Shown piece after piece: positions 21,979-31,510 of a stretch of DNA of 64,000 nt (its first letter is position 1; every line of letters begins with the position of its first letter). The notes beneath the pieces are model-generated. The model did not search any database and was not told where the DNA came from. It was given only the letters and a program-made list of their open reading frames with translations. The DNA lies in assembly GCA_963831935.1 (NCBI GenBank), contig CAWHSH010000001.1, forward strand, positions 128,389 through 192,388, written 5' to 3'. This stretch comes from an uncultured Bacteroidales bacterium (GTDB taxonomy: Bacteria; Bacteroidota; Bacteroidia; Bacteroidales; VadinHA17). A program made the position numbers and the translations under genes.

Positions 21979-22719
21979 ATGAAGACACGCATAACGTTCA
22001 GGATTTTAAGAGCGGGAACGCTCGTGTTGATTCTGTTATTTGTCATTAGTACTAATTTAATCCTTGCACAGAAACCCGGCAAGAAAATGAAAATAACAGG
22101 AAGTGTGACAGATGCAGGTATGTATCCTATTGTTAGCGCAATGGTTATGATTGATGGTCAGAATACAAGTCAGTTAACTGATAAGAACGGAAAATACAGA
22201 ATCAGGGTTCCAGGGGATGCTGAAAGGATTGGTATCTTATCACTCGGGAACGGATTTATGGAGGAGAATATAGAGGGAAGGTCCAGAATTAATTTCCAAC
22301 TGGGAGCCTGGGCACTCAAGAAGCTCCCGGAACCGGAAATCTGGTCTGATGAGGGCGAAGAAGGTGTCAGTACCGGTTATGGTCATATTAAAAGAAAATC
22401 CCTGACAAATGAGATCAGTAAAATTGACGGGACGAAGAAGAAGTATGCTTCATACCATTCAATTCTTGAAATGATCCAAAGGGAAGTCTCAGGTGTCCGG
22501 ATCATGAATGGCGGAGTTGTTATACATGATTCACGAAATCTTCTTGGTTTTGTGGAAGCCCTTGTCGTTGTTGACGGTACTCCGACTTCTGACTTTAATG
22601 ATATCAAACCCTCAACCGTGGAATCAATTGAAGTTCTTAAGGATGCTTCGGCTTCAATTTATGGCACAAGGGGATACGGCGGAGTAATCCTTATAAAAAC
22701 AAAGACCTCCAACAAATAA
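21979..22719 (+). CDS. Stand-alone CarboxypepD_reg-like plus TonB-plug-like domain protein with no beta-barrel
   Basis: Signal peptide, then KITGSVTDAGMYPIVSAMVMIDG (CarboxypepD_reg-like). C-terminal VVVDGTPTSDFNDIKPSTVESIEVLKDASASIYGTRGYGGVILIKTK is plug-like. The ORF ends right after it. Confidence 0.65.
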   Translation: MKTRITFRILRAGTLVLILLFVISTNLILAQKPGKKMKITGSVTDAGMYPIVSAMVMIDGQNTSQLTDKNGKYRIRVPGDAERIGILSLGNGFMEENIEGRSRINFQLGAWALKKLPEPEIWSDEGEEGVSTGYGHIKRKSLTNEISKIDGTKKKYASYHSILEMIQREVSGVRIMNGGVVIHDSRNLLGFVEALVVVDGTPTSDFNDIKPSTVESIEVLKDASASIYGTRGYGGVILIKTKTSNK

Positions 22720-22746
22720 ATTATTAATTAAAGCAAGCGGAAGATT

Positions 22747-23232
22747 TTAACGTCTCCCGCTATGGGCGCTTCTTTGGTATCCGCCACGATATGCCGGGCC
22801 TCCACGATGAATTATAATTGAAGGCCTGAAACCCCAGTCCCAGTATCCGTAATAAGGCCATCCGAAACCGTAACCATAATATGGATATCCATACATTCCG
22901 GGATACCCATTGTAATAATCTTCCATCCTTTGTTCGCGCCTTACTGCATTCAAATGGGTCTTTTGCATATAGTTAATAACTGAATCCTGAACTCCCTCGC
23001 TTTTAAGCTTTGCCAGCTGATCGGCAGGAAGCATGTATACCGAATGTGATTCCCGCATCTGATTTATTATAGCTTTTGAAGTAACACCATCCTTGCTCAT
23101 CCGGACTATGTCAGAAACAGGTACAATTGCCAGATTTTCCGGATTGTACACTGCGCAACTTTGCAGAAACATGCTCCCAAGAGCAAAAAAGAAGAAATAA
23201 ATCAAATGACTAAATTTTCCTATGATTTTCAT
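22747..23232 (-). CDS. Lipoprotein with a Gly/Tyr/Pro/Trp-rich C-terminal tail
   Basis: Lipobox LQSC. Tail YYNGYPGMYGYPYYGYGFGWPYYGYWDWGF. No family recognised. Confidence 0.5.
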   Translation of the reverse strand: MKIIGKFSHLIYFFFFALGSMFLQSCAVYNPENLAIVPVSDIVRMSKDGVTSKAIINQMRESHSVYMLPADQLAKLKSEGVQDSVINYMQKTHLNAVRREQRMEDYYNGYPGMYGYPYYGYGFGWPYYGYWDWGFRPSIIIHRGGPAYRGGYQRSAHSGRR

Positions 23233-23471
23233 ATTCCATCCCTCCTTTAATCCTTCTTTATTAATTAGTCACTACATATATATCCTACCTGAATATGCAA
23301 CAATTTTAATGCCGACTGATGTTAACAGAAAGTTAAAAAAAGCATAAGAATTCAGTAAAATTTTATCTATAATTGTACCTGCACGGACGAGATGTTTCAG
23401 GCAAGGCTGATGCTTACTGAAACCGCAGCACCCGGGTTGAACTTTAGTCAGGCCTCACTGTTATAATTTTA

Positions 23472-25283
23472 ATGGCAACTAATCTGAATTACGGAATTAT
23501 AGGCAATTGTCGTAGTAGTGCACTGGTCTCAGAACAGGGTTCAATTGACTGGTGCTGTCTTCCGGATCCTGATTCACCGGCTGTCTTTGCACGCCTTCTT
23601 GACAATGATAACGGAGGACATTTTAGTTTCAAAACCCAAAACAGGTATGATATTTCTCAAAAATACCAGGGCAATACAAACATTCTGGTCACGTCTTACA
23701 CAAATGAAACTGATGCTTTTGAGATCATTGACTTTATGCCCCGTTATAAAACTGAAGGCGGTAAATATTACAACTCACCTGAAATTTTTAGGATTGTTAA
23801 AGTCGTAAAGGGGAAACCTGTCATCCGGACAGAATACCATCCAAGACTAAACTTTGCCTCATCCGGAACAACACATGAAATTCAGCAAGGTTACATAAAG
23901 AGTTTTACAACAGAAGGCCGTTATGAGTCAGTTTACCTCTATTCAAACCTCCCATATAAACTAATTATTGAAAACGAATGGATTGAGTTGACAACGGACT
24001 GCTTTTTCCTGTTATGCTATAACCAGAAGCTGATTGAAATTGATATCAACAGGGCTTATCTCGAGTATCACCGAACTATTGTTTACTGGTTGAACTGGTC
24101 GAACCGCACCCCAAAATTTCCTGATTATCAACAGGAAATAATCAGAAGCGCACTTGTTTTGAAATTGCTGACATTTCAAAAGACCGGAGCAATTATTGCA
24201 GCAGTAACTACCTCTATCCCTGAGACGATTGGTGAGCAACGCAACTGGGATTACAGGTATTCCTGGATCCGCGACTCATCTATGATTATTAAAGCTCTGA
24301 TTGACACTGGCCATGTAATATCAGCAGAGCGTTTTTTAAACTTCCTTCTTACAGTGAACGAGGGCAAGCATGAGGATATTCAGATAATGTATGGCATTCG
24401 CGGGGAAAAGAAACTCGAGGAAAAAATACTCAGTCATCTGGCCGGTTACAATGGTTCCGGGCCTGTACGAATAGGTAACTCAGCCTACATTCAGAAACAG
24501 AATGATATTTACGGGATACTTATTGATGCGATTTATATTTCAATGACGAAGTTCCCCTCTACCCTTGACACTACTGAAGAACTCTGGACTTTTGTAAGAG
24601 GCATGATCGAAATGGTAGCCAGTAACTGGTCTAAACCCGACCGTGGAATCTGGGAAATAAGAGGGGAAAACAGGCATTTTGTGTTCTCAAAAATGCTGTC
24701 ATGGGTGGCAGTGAACAGGGCATGCAAAATTGCCCGAATGATAAATAAAAATTCCTATGTCGGACCATGGTCAGAACTGGAAGAAAAAATAAAAACAGAC
24801 ATACTACAGAATGGGTGGAACCCTAAAATAAAAGCATTTACACAATCGTACGGCAGCGAAGATCTTGATGCTTCAACATTGCTGATGGAGGATTATGGAT
24901 TTATTTCTGCCTCCGATCCTAAGTATATAAGCACGGTTCTCAATATAAAAGACCTGCTAAGTAAAAACGGGATGATGTTCCGTTACCTTAACAAAGACGA
25001 TTTCGGCATTCCACGTAATTCGATGGTAATCTGTACGTTCTGGCTGATCAATAGTCTGTATAAAACAGGTTCCAAAGATGAAGCGGTTGCTCTTTTTGAA
25101 AATATGCTAAAGTATTCCAATCATCTGGGACTCTTCAGTGAACATATAGATATTGACACCGGGCAATTATTAGGCAATTTCCCGCATGGTTATTCTCATC
25201 TCGGACTTATACAATCCGCCCTGATCCTGAACGGGATTGAATCAGGGGTTACAGAAGAGAAATTCAGTTTTATAAAACCCTGA
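23472..25283 (+). CDS. Glycoside hydrolase family 15 (glucoamylase/trehalase-type)
   Basis: 603 aa. The N-terminal YGIIGNCRSSALVSEQGSIDWCCLPDPDSPAVFARLL block and the (alpha/alpha)6 region NWDYRYSWIRDSS are typical of bacterial GH15. Confidence 0.85.
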   Translation: MATNLNYGIIGNCRSSALVSEQGSIDWCCLPDPDSPAVFARLLDNDNGGHFSFKTQNRYDISQKYQGNTNILVTSYTNETDAFEIIDFMPRYKTEGGKYYNSPEIFRIVKVVKGKPVIRTEYHPRLNFASSGTTHEIQQGYIKSFTTEGRYESVYLYSNLPYKLIIENEWIELTTDCFFLLCYNQKLIEIDINRAYLEYHRTIVYWLNWSNRTPKFPDYQQEIIRSALVLKLLTFQKTGAIIAAVTTSIPETIGEQRNWDYRYSWIRDSSMIIKALIDTGHVISAERFLNFLLTVNEGKHEDIQIMYGIRGEKKLEEKILSHLAGYNGSGPVRIGNSAYIQKQNDIYGILIDAIYISMTKFPSTLDTTEELWTFVRGMIEMVASNWSKPDRGIWEIRGENRHFVFSKMLSWVAVNRACKIARMINKNSYVGPWSELEEKIKTDILQNGWNPKIKAFTQSYGSEDLDASTLLMEDYGFISASDPKYISTVLNIKDLLSKNGMMFRYLNKDDFGIPRNSMVICTFWLINSLYKTGSKDEAVALFENMLKYSNHLGLFSEHIDIDTGQLLGNFPHGYSHLGLIQSALILNGIESGVTEEKFSFIKP

Positions 25284-25287
25284 CTTA

Positions 25288-26079
25288 ATGAATAGTTCCA
25301 GGACTAACAGCAGATTTGGTGAACTGACTGAAAAAGCTAAAAAGGCTAAAAATAAATTGATTCTGCTTGATTTTGACGGGACACTTGTGGATTTTACCTC
25401 GGACGCAGCAAGCACTAAACCTTCAAAAGACCTGTTATGCCTGCTTTATAAAATAGCTGACATATCAGACAACCAATTAATTATTATAACAGGACGGAAA
25501 CGGGACGAAATTGACAAAATGGTTGGGCGTTTACCTATTGATATTATAGCTGAACATGGTGCCATAATCAGGGAAGATAGGGAATGGAGAACATTGGTAG
25601 ATGGCAATACTGACTGGAAGAAAGAAGTTCTGCCGATAATCACCCGGTTTAATAACATAAGTCCTGATGCATTTGTAGAAGAAAAAGGCTTTTCCCTTGC
25701 CTGGCACTACAGAAGTGTTGAGCACCAAACAGGTATGGAAAATTCAAGAGCATTAATTAAAGCATTGAAAAAAGTCTCCACACATCATAATTTAAAAGTA
25801 CTTGAAGGGAAAAAAGTGGTTGAAATTATAAATAAGAATATAAGCAAAGGTTTAGCAGTCCAATATCTGATTGAAAAGAAGAATTACGATTATATACTGT
25901 CGGTAGGAGATGACAGAACGGACGAAGACATGTTTAAGGTCCTTCTAAATAACGATAATGCATATACAGTAAAAATTGGTCGGGGCAACACATATGCTAA
26001 ATATAAACTGAGCAACATCCAACAGGTCATATTGTTGTTAGAACAATTACAGATTGAAATGAGTCAAAAAGACTTTTGA
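25288..26079 (+). CDS. otsB: Trehalose-6-phosphate phosphatase
   Basis: HAD motif I LLDFDGTLV, motif GDDRTDEDMF, trehalose-PPase-type cap. Sits directly upstream of otsA. Confidence 0.85.
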   Translation: MNSSRTNSRFGELTEKAKKAKNKLILLDFDGTLVDFTSDAASTKPSKDLLCLLYKIADISDNQLIIITGRKRDEIDKMVGRLPIDIIAEHGAIIREDREWRTLVDGNTDWKKEVLPIITRFNNISPDAFVEEKGFSLAWHYRSVEHQTGMENSRALIKALKKVSTHHNLKVLEGKKVVEIINKNISKGLAVQYLIEKKNYDYILSVGDDRTDEDMFKVLLNNDNAYTVKIGRGNTYAKYKLSNIQQVILLLEQLQIEMSQKDF

Positions 26080-26197
26080 AATGGGTTAAATTATATTTAG
26101 TATCATGAAATATCCATGATTAAAAAGTAAAATCACAAACCGAAATGATTATTCATGGATATTCCATCTGACCATTAAAAAACAAAATTATAAACAG

Positions 26198-28426
26198 ATG
26201 AAAATTAATCTTGCATTTATACTTTCTGTAATTCTTGCGGTGGCCCTTGTAGCTCTGGGATTTACATTTTTTGAGATTACAAAAGAGCGTACCCGTATGA
26301 AAAATGATCTTAAAACCCGTAATTCACTGATTGCCCAGGAATTCAATAATTTATATTTCTCCGGTTCAAATGGGAAAGATCAGGAGTACGAAAAGAAGTT
26401 ATCAGATAGTCTGAGTGCGCGTTATAATTTACTGGGTATAGCGATCTATAATGCTAACAACCAGCTATTACCTCTGAGCCCCACAATCAAACCTTATCTG
26501 GAGGATACAAAAAATAAGGTTCTTCAAGCGGTTAATACAGGTTCTTCATTCGGAGATTTTTTTACTGAAAATGGAAAGACTATCTTTCAATACATAAAAC
26601 CTTCAGGTACCGATCAAAAAGAAAAGTATGCTGTAATTCTTTATTCCGATGCCGGTGAGATTCGTAATATAATCAAAAAGATTTTTGTTGGGAGTTTTAT
26701 CAGCCTCTTTATTCAGGTATTGTTGATGGTGATTGCTACTACCCTGCTGATCCGCTGGGGAATTTTTAAACCAATAAATAAAATTGTAAACTGGATTAAA
26801 GCAATAAAGGATGGCAATATTGAGCCTTTGAATGAAAAACCTCCTGTCAAATTTCTCCAGCCGCTGCACAAAGAAATCACCAGTATTGCTTATGCCATGC
26901 AGGAAGCACGGGCAACTGCTGAAGAAGAAGCGAAGCTGCGTACTACTGGAGAGGCTATCTGGACTCCCGACAGGCTAAAGGAAGAAGTTAAGAAGGTCTT
27001 GCCGAATAAAGTTTTGATTGTTGTCTCGAACCGGGAACCTTACATGCATGTTCACGATGGAAAAGAGATCAAATGCATTGTCCCCGCCAGTGGTATGGTA
27101 ACAGCTATGGAACCCATACTAAAAGCATGCGGCGGATTGTGGATTGCATCAGGAACCGGCGATGCTGATAAGGAAACGGTCGACAAAAACGATAAGATTT
27201 CTGTACCTCCGAATGAAGAGAAATATGTATTAAAGCGAATCTGGATATCAAAAAAAGAGGAGGATCATTTTTATTACGGATTCTCCAATGAGGGGATATG
27301 GCCTTTATGCCATCTGGCACATACCCGGCCTGTATTCAGGGAAGAGGACTGGGATTATTACAAGAAAGTGAATAGTAAATTTGCCAGAGCTGTTCTAGAA
27401 GAAGTTAAAAACGTTAAACAGCCTTATGTCCTGGTTCAGGATTATCATTTTGCTTTACTGCCTGAAATGATAAAAAAAGAACGGCCAGATGCCATAGTTG
27501 CCATTTTCTGGCATATTCCATGGCCGAACCCGGAGTTTTTCAGCATATGTCCCTGGCAACAGGAAATACTTCGGGGCATGCTGGGTTCAGACTTAATTGG
27601 TTTCCATACCCAGTATCACTGTCATAATTTCCTTGAGACTGTCAATAATTCGATCGATTCGAGAGTTATTAAGGAAAATTTATCAGTAAAAATTGGGGAC
27701 CAGACTACTTTTGTCAAATCATTTCCAATCAGTATCGCATTCACTTTACGAGACTACGATAAAAAAGATGAGAATTTACAGAACGCATCAGAAATTCTTT
27801 CCAGATACAATATTAAAGCTCATTTTATGGGTATAGGCGTTGAACGGATTGATTACACAAAAGGTATAATTGAAAGATTTCTTGCCATTGAACGGTTCTT
27901 TGAAAAATATCCTTCATACGTGGGGAAATTCACTTTTGTTCAGATAGGATCACCAAGCAGGACGTTAATTAAAAGCTATTCGGATATGGTCAATGCCGTT
28001 GAAGCCGAAGCTGCCAGGATTAATGCGAAGTATAAACTGAAAGACTGGAAACCGATCCTGCTGATGATGCGTCACCATAGTCACGAAGAAATTCTGCCGT
28101 TCTACAAGAATGCAAATATCTGCATGGTAACTTCACTCCACGATGGAATGAACCTGGTTGCGAAAGAATTTGTAGCTTCACGTAATAATAACGACGGGGT
28201 ATTGATTCTTAGCCGTTTTGCCGGGGCAAGCCAGGAGCTTCAGGGAGCTTTAATAATCAATCCCTACGATATTGAGCAGATGTCGGATGCAATTAAGACA
28301 GCTCTTGAAATGTCTAAAAAAGGGCAGCATGAACGTATGAAGCAGATGCGACAGGTAATTGTTGAGAATAATATTTATTCCTGGGCAGCAAACCTCCTAA
28401 GGACAATGGTCTCCATACAGGGCTGA
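26198..28426 (+). CDS. otsA: Trehalose-6-phosphate synthase (GT20) with a ~260-aa N-terminal TM-periplasmic-TM-HAMP-like extension
   Basis: GT20 blocks VSNREP, GFSNEGIWPLCH, VQDYHFALLP, GVERIDYTKGI. N-terminus has TM1 (ILSVILAVALVALGFTFF), ~140 aa predicted outside, TM2 (FISLFIQVLLMVIATTLLI), then an amphipathic linker. Confidence 0.85.
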   Translation: MKINLAFILSVILAVALVALGFTFFEITKERTRMKNDLKTRNSLIAQEFNNLYFSGSNGKDQEYEKKLSDSLSARYNLLGIAIYNANNQLLPLSPTIKPYLEDTKNKVLQAVNTGSSFGDFFTENGKTIFQYIKPSGTDQKEKYAVILYSDAGEIRNIIKKIFVGSFISLFIQVLLMVIATTLLIRWGIFKPINKIVNWIKAIKDGNIEPLNEKPPVKFLQPLHKEITSIAYAMQEARATAEEEAKLRTTGEAIWTPDRLKEEVKKVLPNKVLIVVSNREPYMHVHDGKEIKCIVPASGMVTAMEPILKACGGLWIASGTGDADKETVDKNDKISVPPNEEKYVLKRIWISKKEEDHFYYGFSNEGIWPLCHLAHTRPVFREEDWDYYKKVNSKFARAVLEEVKNVKQPYVLVQDYHFALLPEMIKKERPDAIVAIFWHIPWPNPEFFSICPWQQEILRGMLGSDLIGFHTQYHCHNFLETVNNSIDSRVIKENLSVKIGDQTTFVKSFPISIAFTLRDYDKKDENLQNASEILSRYNIKAHFMGIGVERIDYTKGIIERFLAIERFFEKYPSYVGKFTFVQIGSPSRTLIKSYSDMVNAVEAEAARINAKYKLKDWKPILLMMRHHSHEEILPFYKNANICMVTSLHDGMNLVAKEFVASRNNNDGVLILSRFAGASQELQGALIINPYDIEQMSDAIKTALEMSKKGQHERMKQMRQVIVENNIYSWAANLLRTMVSIQG

Positions 28427-28588
28427 TTTCTCAAATTGAGAAATAACTGTAAAATAAGAATTTGAAGGAAGTAATAAATTGGTAACATAATGCATTTACA
28501 TTGAATTAGATACAATTCCCTTTTCCCATAAGCCGGCAGGTTGGCACATTGTTGGAGTAAAATCAAAGGGACAAAAAGTATCAGCATT

Positions 28589-29020
28589 ATGAAAAAAGTA
28601 ATAAATGTGCTTGTGATTGATGACAATGAATATTACAACAAACTTCTGTCGGATGCAATTCAACAAAGTATCAGCTCTACCCTGCCTGAAAGGAAATACA
28701 AACTTGTTCTGCGTTCATTTACCGATGCCAATGAGTATATAAAGAAACTTAAATCAGAGGGAATTGAGTGTGATGACAGCATAGTGTTCATAGATTATTA
28801 CCTCGGAAATGGCATTAATGCAGCTCATATTATTAAATTGCTTAAAGAATACAGTTGTGATACTATGGTAGTCCTGCTTTCACAATCAAATACCATAAAG
28901 GAAAAGAGCAAACTGGTAAATTGCGATTATTTTGTTGTGAAAGACAGCCTGGCTCCTGCACTGTGTTGTCTGTATCTCAGGCAGTATGTTGAAAATAAAT
29001 ATGCTATTACTTTGGATTAA
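28589..29020 (+). CDS. Single-domain response-regulator receiver
   Basis: VLVIDDNEYYNKLL...FIDYYLG...VVLLSQS...FVVKD gives the receiver DD/D/S/K pattern. Its TAA stop overlaps the next gene's ATG in TAATG at 29018-29022. Confidence 0.75.
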   Translation: MKKVINVLVIDDNEYYNKLLSDAIQQSISSTLPERKYKLVLRSFTDANEYIKKLKSEGIECDDSIVFIDYYLGNGINAAHIIKLLKEYSCDTMVVLLSQSNTIKEKSKLVNCDYFVVKDSLAPALCCLYLRQYVENKYAITLD

Positions 29021-31435
29021 TGAATGAATCTTCCAATAAATCCCTGAGAAAAAATTCGATTCAGATCAAGATTGGATTATTGATGATAGTGGCAGTTATA
29101 TTATTGTCAGCGACCTGCTATCTGTCGTACCGTAATCTTTCTTCAATTGCCTCTTCCATTCAGATCGATGTAAAACCGGAGCTAAGGTTGCTAAGCATCA
29201 GGGGAATCTCAATGGACCTTCAGAAAGCGGAAAACAGTGTAAGAATGTACACTCTTACAAAAGATCTGGCTGATATTAAACCCTATTACAAAATTATTTC
29301 AAATATTGATGAAAAAGTAAGCCAATTACGTTCTGAATGCCTGAACGACACGGCTTTGCTGGGTCAGACTGATACTATCAGCCAGCTTATTGAAGAAAAT
29401 ATTTTTATCTGGAACAAACTTCTGCTCCTGAACCATGACGACAAAGTTATAGACTATATGAAACAGCTGTCGGACCAGTTGGATTCTGCTTCGGAAAGCA
29501 GTCAAAAAAAAAGGAATTCTGAAACGGGTTTTCAGCCGCAGTGATAAAAGTCTCCTGTATGAACAGGAGATCATGAATAATCTTAACGAGATAGTAGAAC
29601 AGGATCGCTCAACAAAAGAAAAGCTTATCAGGCAGGAGACACAACTGGCGGTTACCGGTAGTGAGATCAAAGAAAAGTTCTATGATCTGATCACCAAAAT
29701 GGAAAATGAAATCTCTGACCTCATTAAGGCAAAAGCGGTGGCAGCCAATGAGATCGCGGCCAGCACATACAGGTGGCTTATACTGATTTCAATTTCGGGA
29801 GGATTGCTTGCAGTGCTGGTACTTTATATATTAATAAGGTATGTAAGAAAAGCATATTCTTACCAGATTGCCCTGGAGAATTCAAAAGATGAAGCGGAAA
29901 AGCTTGCCAGGACTAAAGAGCTGTTCATGGCAAATATAAGTCACGAGATCCGTACCCCGGTAACGGCAATCTCCGGGTTCACCGGACAACTACTGTATGA
30001 ATCATCAGATGAAAATATAAACCGATCGTTGAAAATCATCAAATCATCCTCTGATCATCTTCTAAAAATAATTGATGATATACTGGACTTTTCAAAATTG
30101 CAGAATAATAAGCTTACTCTTGAAAAAGTACACTTCAGAATAGACCAGATCCTTGAAGATGTTTATCTGCTCTTTGAAAAACAAGCTCTGCAGAACAATA
30201 CAAAATTAAGCTATTCATTAAGTTCCGACACACCTCCGGTTTTGCTGGGCGATCCTTACCGCCTGAAGCAGATAATAATAAACCTGGTAAGTAATTCTGT
30301 CAAATTCACAAAAAACGGCAGTGTTCATTTTGAAGTGAGCTGCAGGAAAAAACACCCGGGGAAAATTGACCTGATAATGGAATTCAATGACACAGGAATA
30401 GGAATTGATGAAGCCAAACTGAATATCATTTTCGAAGATTTTACGCAGGCCGAAATGAGTACCACGAGAAAGTACGGCGGTACAGGATTAGGATTATCAA
30501 TAGTCAAGAAGCTCATCGAGTTACAGGAGGGTACTATCGACGTAAGAAGCAGAAAAAACCAGGGAACACTGATTGTATGCAGGATACCATTTATTGTGGG
30601 CGATGAAAACCAGATTAAAACTGATGTTGGTCACCCTCTTTCTGTTCCTGAAGAATTATCCGGATTGAAAATCCTGATTGTGGATGATGAAGAATATAAT
30701 CGTCTTCTCTTCAAAAAGATACTTGACAGATGGAAAATTAAATGCCTTGAAGTGATAAATGGTATGGAAGCATTGGAATTACTTAAAGAGGAGCGGTTTG
30801 ACCTCCTCTTCATGGATATGCGGATGCCCGGGATCGACGGACTTAAAACCACCCGGTTCATCCGCACCGAAATGAAAATATCCGAACCTGATATGCCGAT
30901 AGTACTCATCTCAGCCGCTCCGCTGAATGAGGACCTGCAGAAGTACAGGAATGCTGGGATGAGCGCTTTTCTTCAGAAACCATTCACAGAAGAAATGCTC
31001 CTGGCAACCATTATGTCAGTGGTAACGAATAAATCACAAGTCATAGTCGACGAAACCGGACCTAAGGATGATCATAAAAATGATTCCAGCGATAAAATTA
31101 ACCTTCACAATCTGTATCATATTTCAGGCGGAGATGAGGAGTTTGTAAAACAGATGCTTGGCTCCTTTATCAGTACCACAGAAAAGGGCCTGAAGGAGTT
31201 GCAGGATGCTGTTATATCGAAGAATTGGGATTCTGTGGCAGATCTGGCCCATAAGATACTGTCGCCATGCCGGCACATCGGGGCAATGGATCTGTATAAC
31301 CTTCTAAGCAAAATTGAAAAGAGTATCCGGAACGACAATAATACGGAATCAGTTGAATCTTTGACCGGAAAATCACTTAAAGAATTTGAAGCCGTAAGTG
31401 AGCTTTTGAATAAGCATATTTCAAAACTGAATTAA
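29020..31435 (+). pseudogene. Hybrid sensor kinase (CHASE3-like sensor, TM, HisKA, HATPase, REC, Hpt) split by a frameshift at an A9 tract
   Basis: ORF 29020..29544 holds TM plus a CHASE3-like helical sensor. ORF 29573..31435 holds TM, H-box ANISHEIRTPV, GGTGLGLSIVKKL, receiver ILIVDDEE...FMDMRMPGIDG and Hpt HKILSPCRHIGA. Removing one A from the run at 29504-29512 joins both ORFs as ...SSQKKGILKRVFSRSDKSLLYEQEIMNNL.... Confidence 0.8.
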
Positions 31436-31510
31436 ATTTCAGCAAAATCCAAGCATAATTTACTAATTTGCAATTTGACGGGATTATCTAATTTCAGTAA
31501 TCTGTAATCT

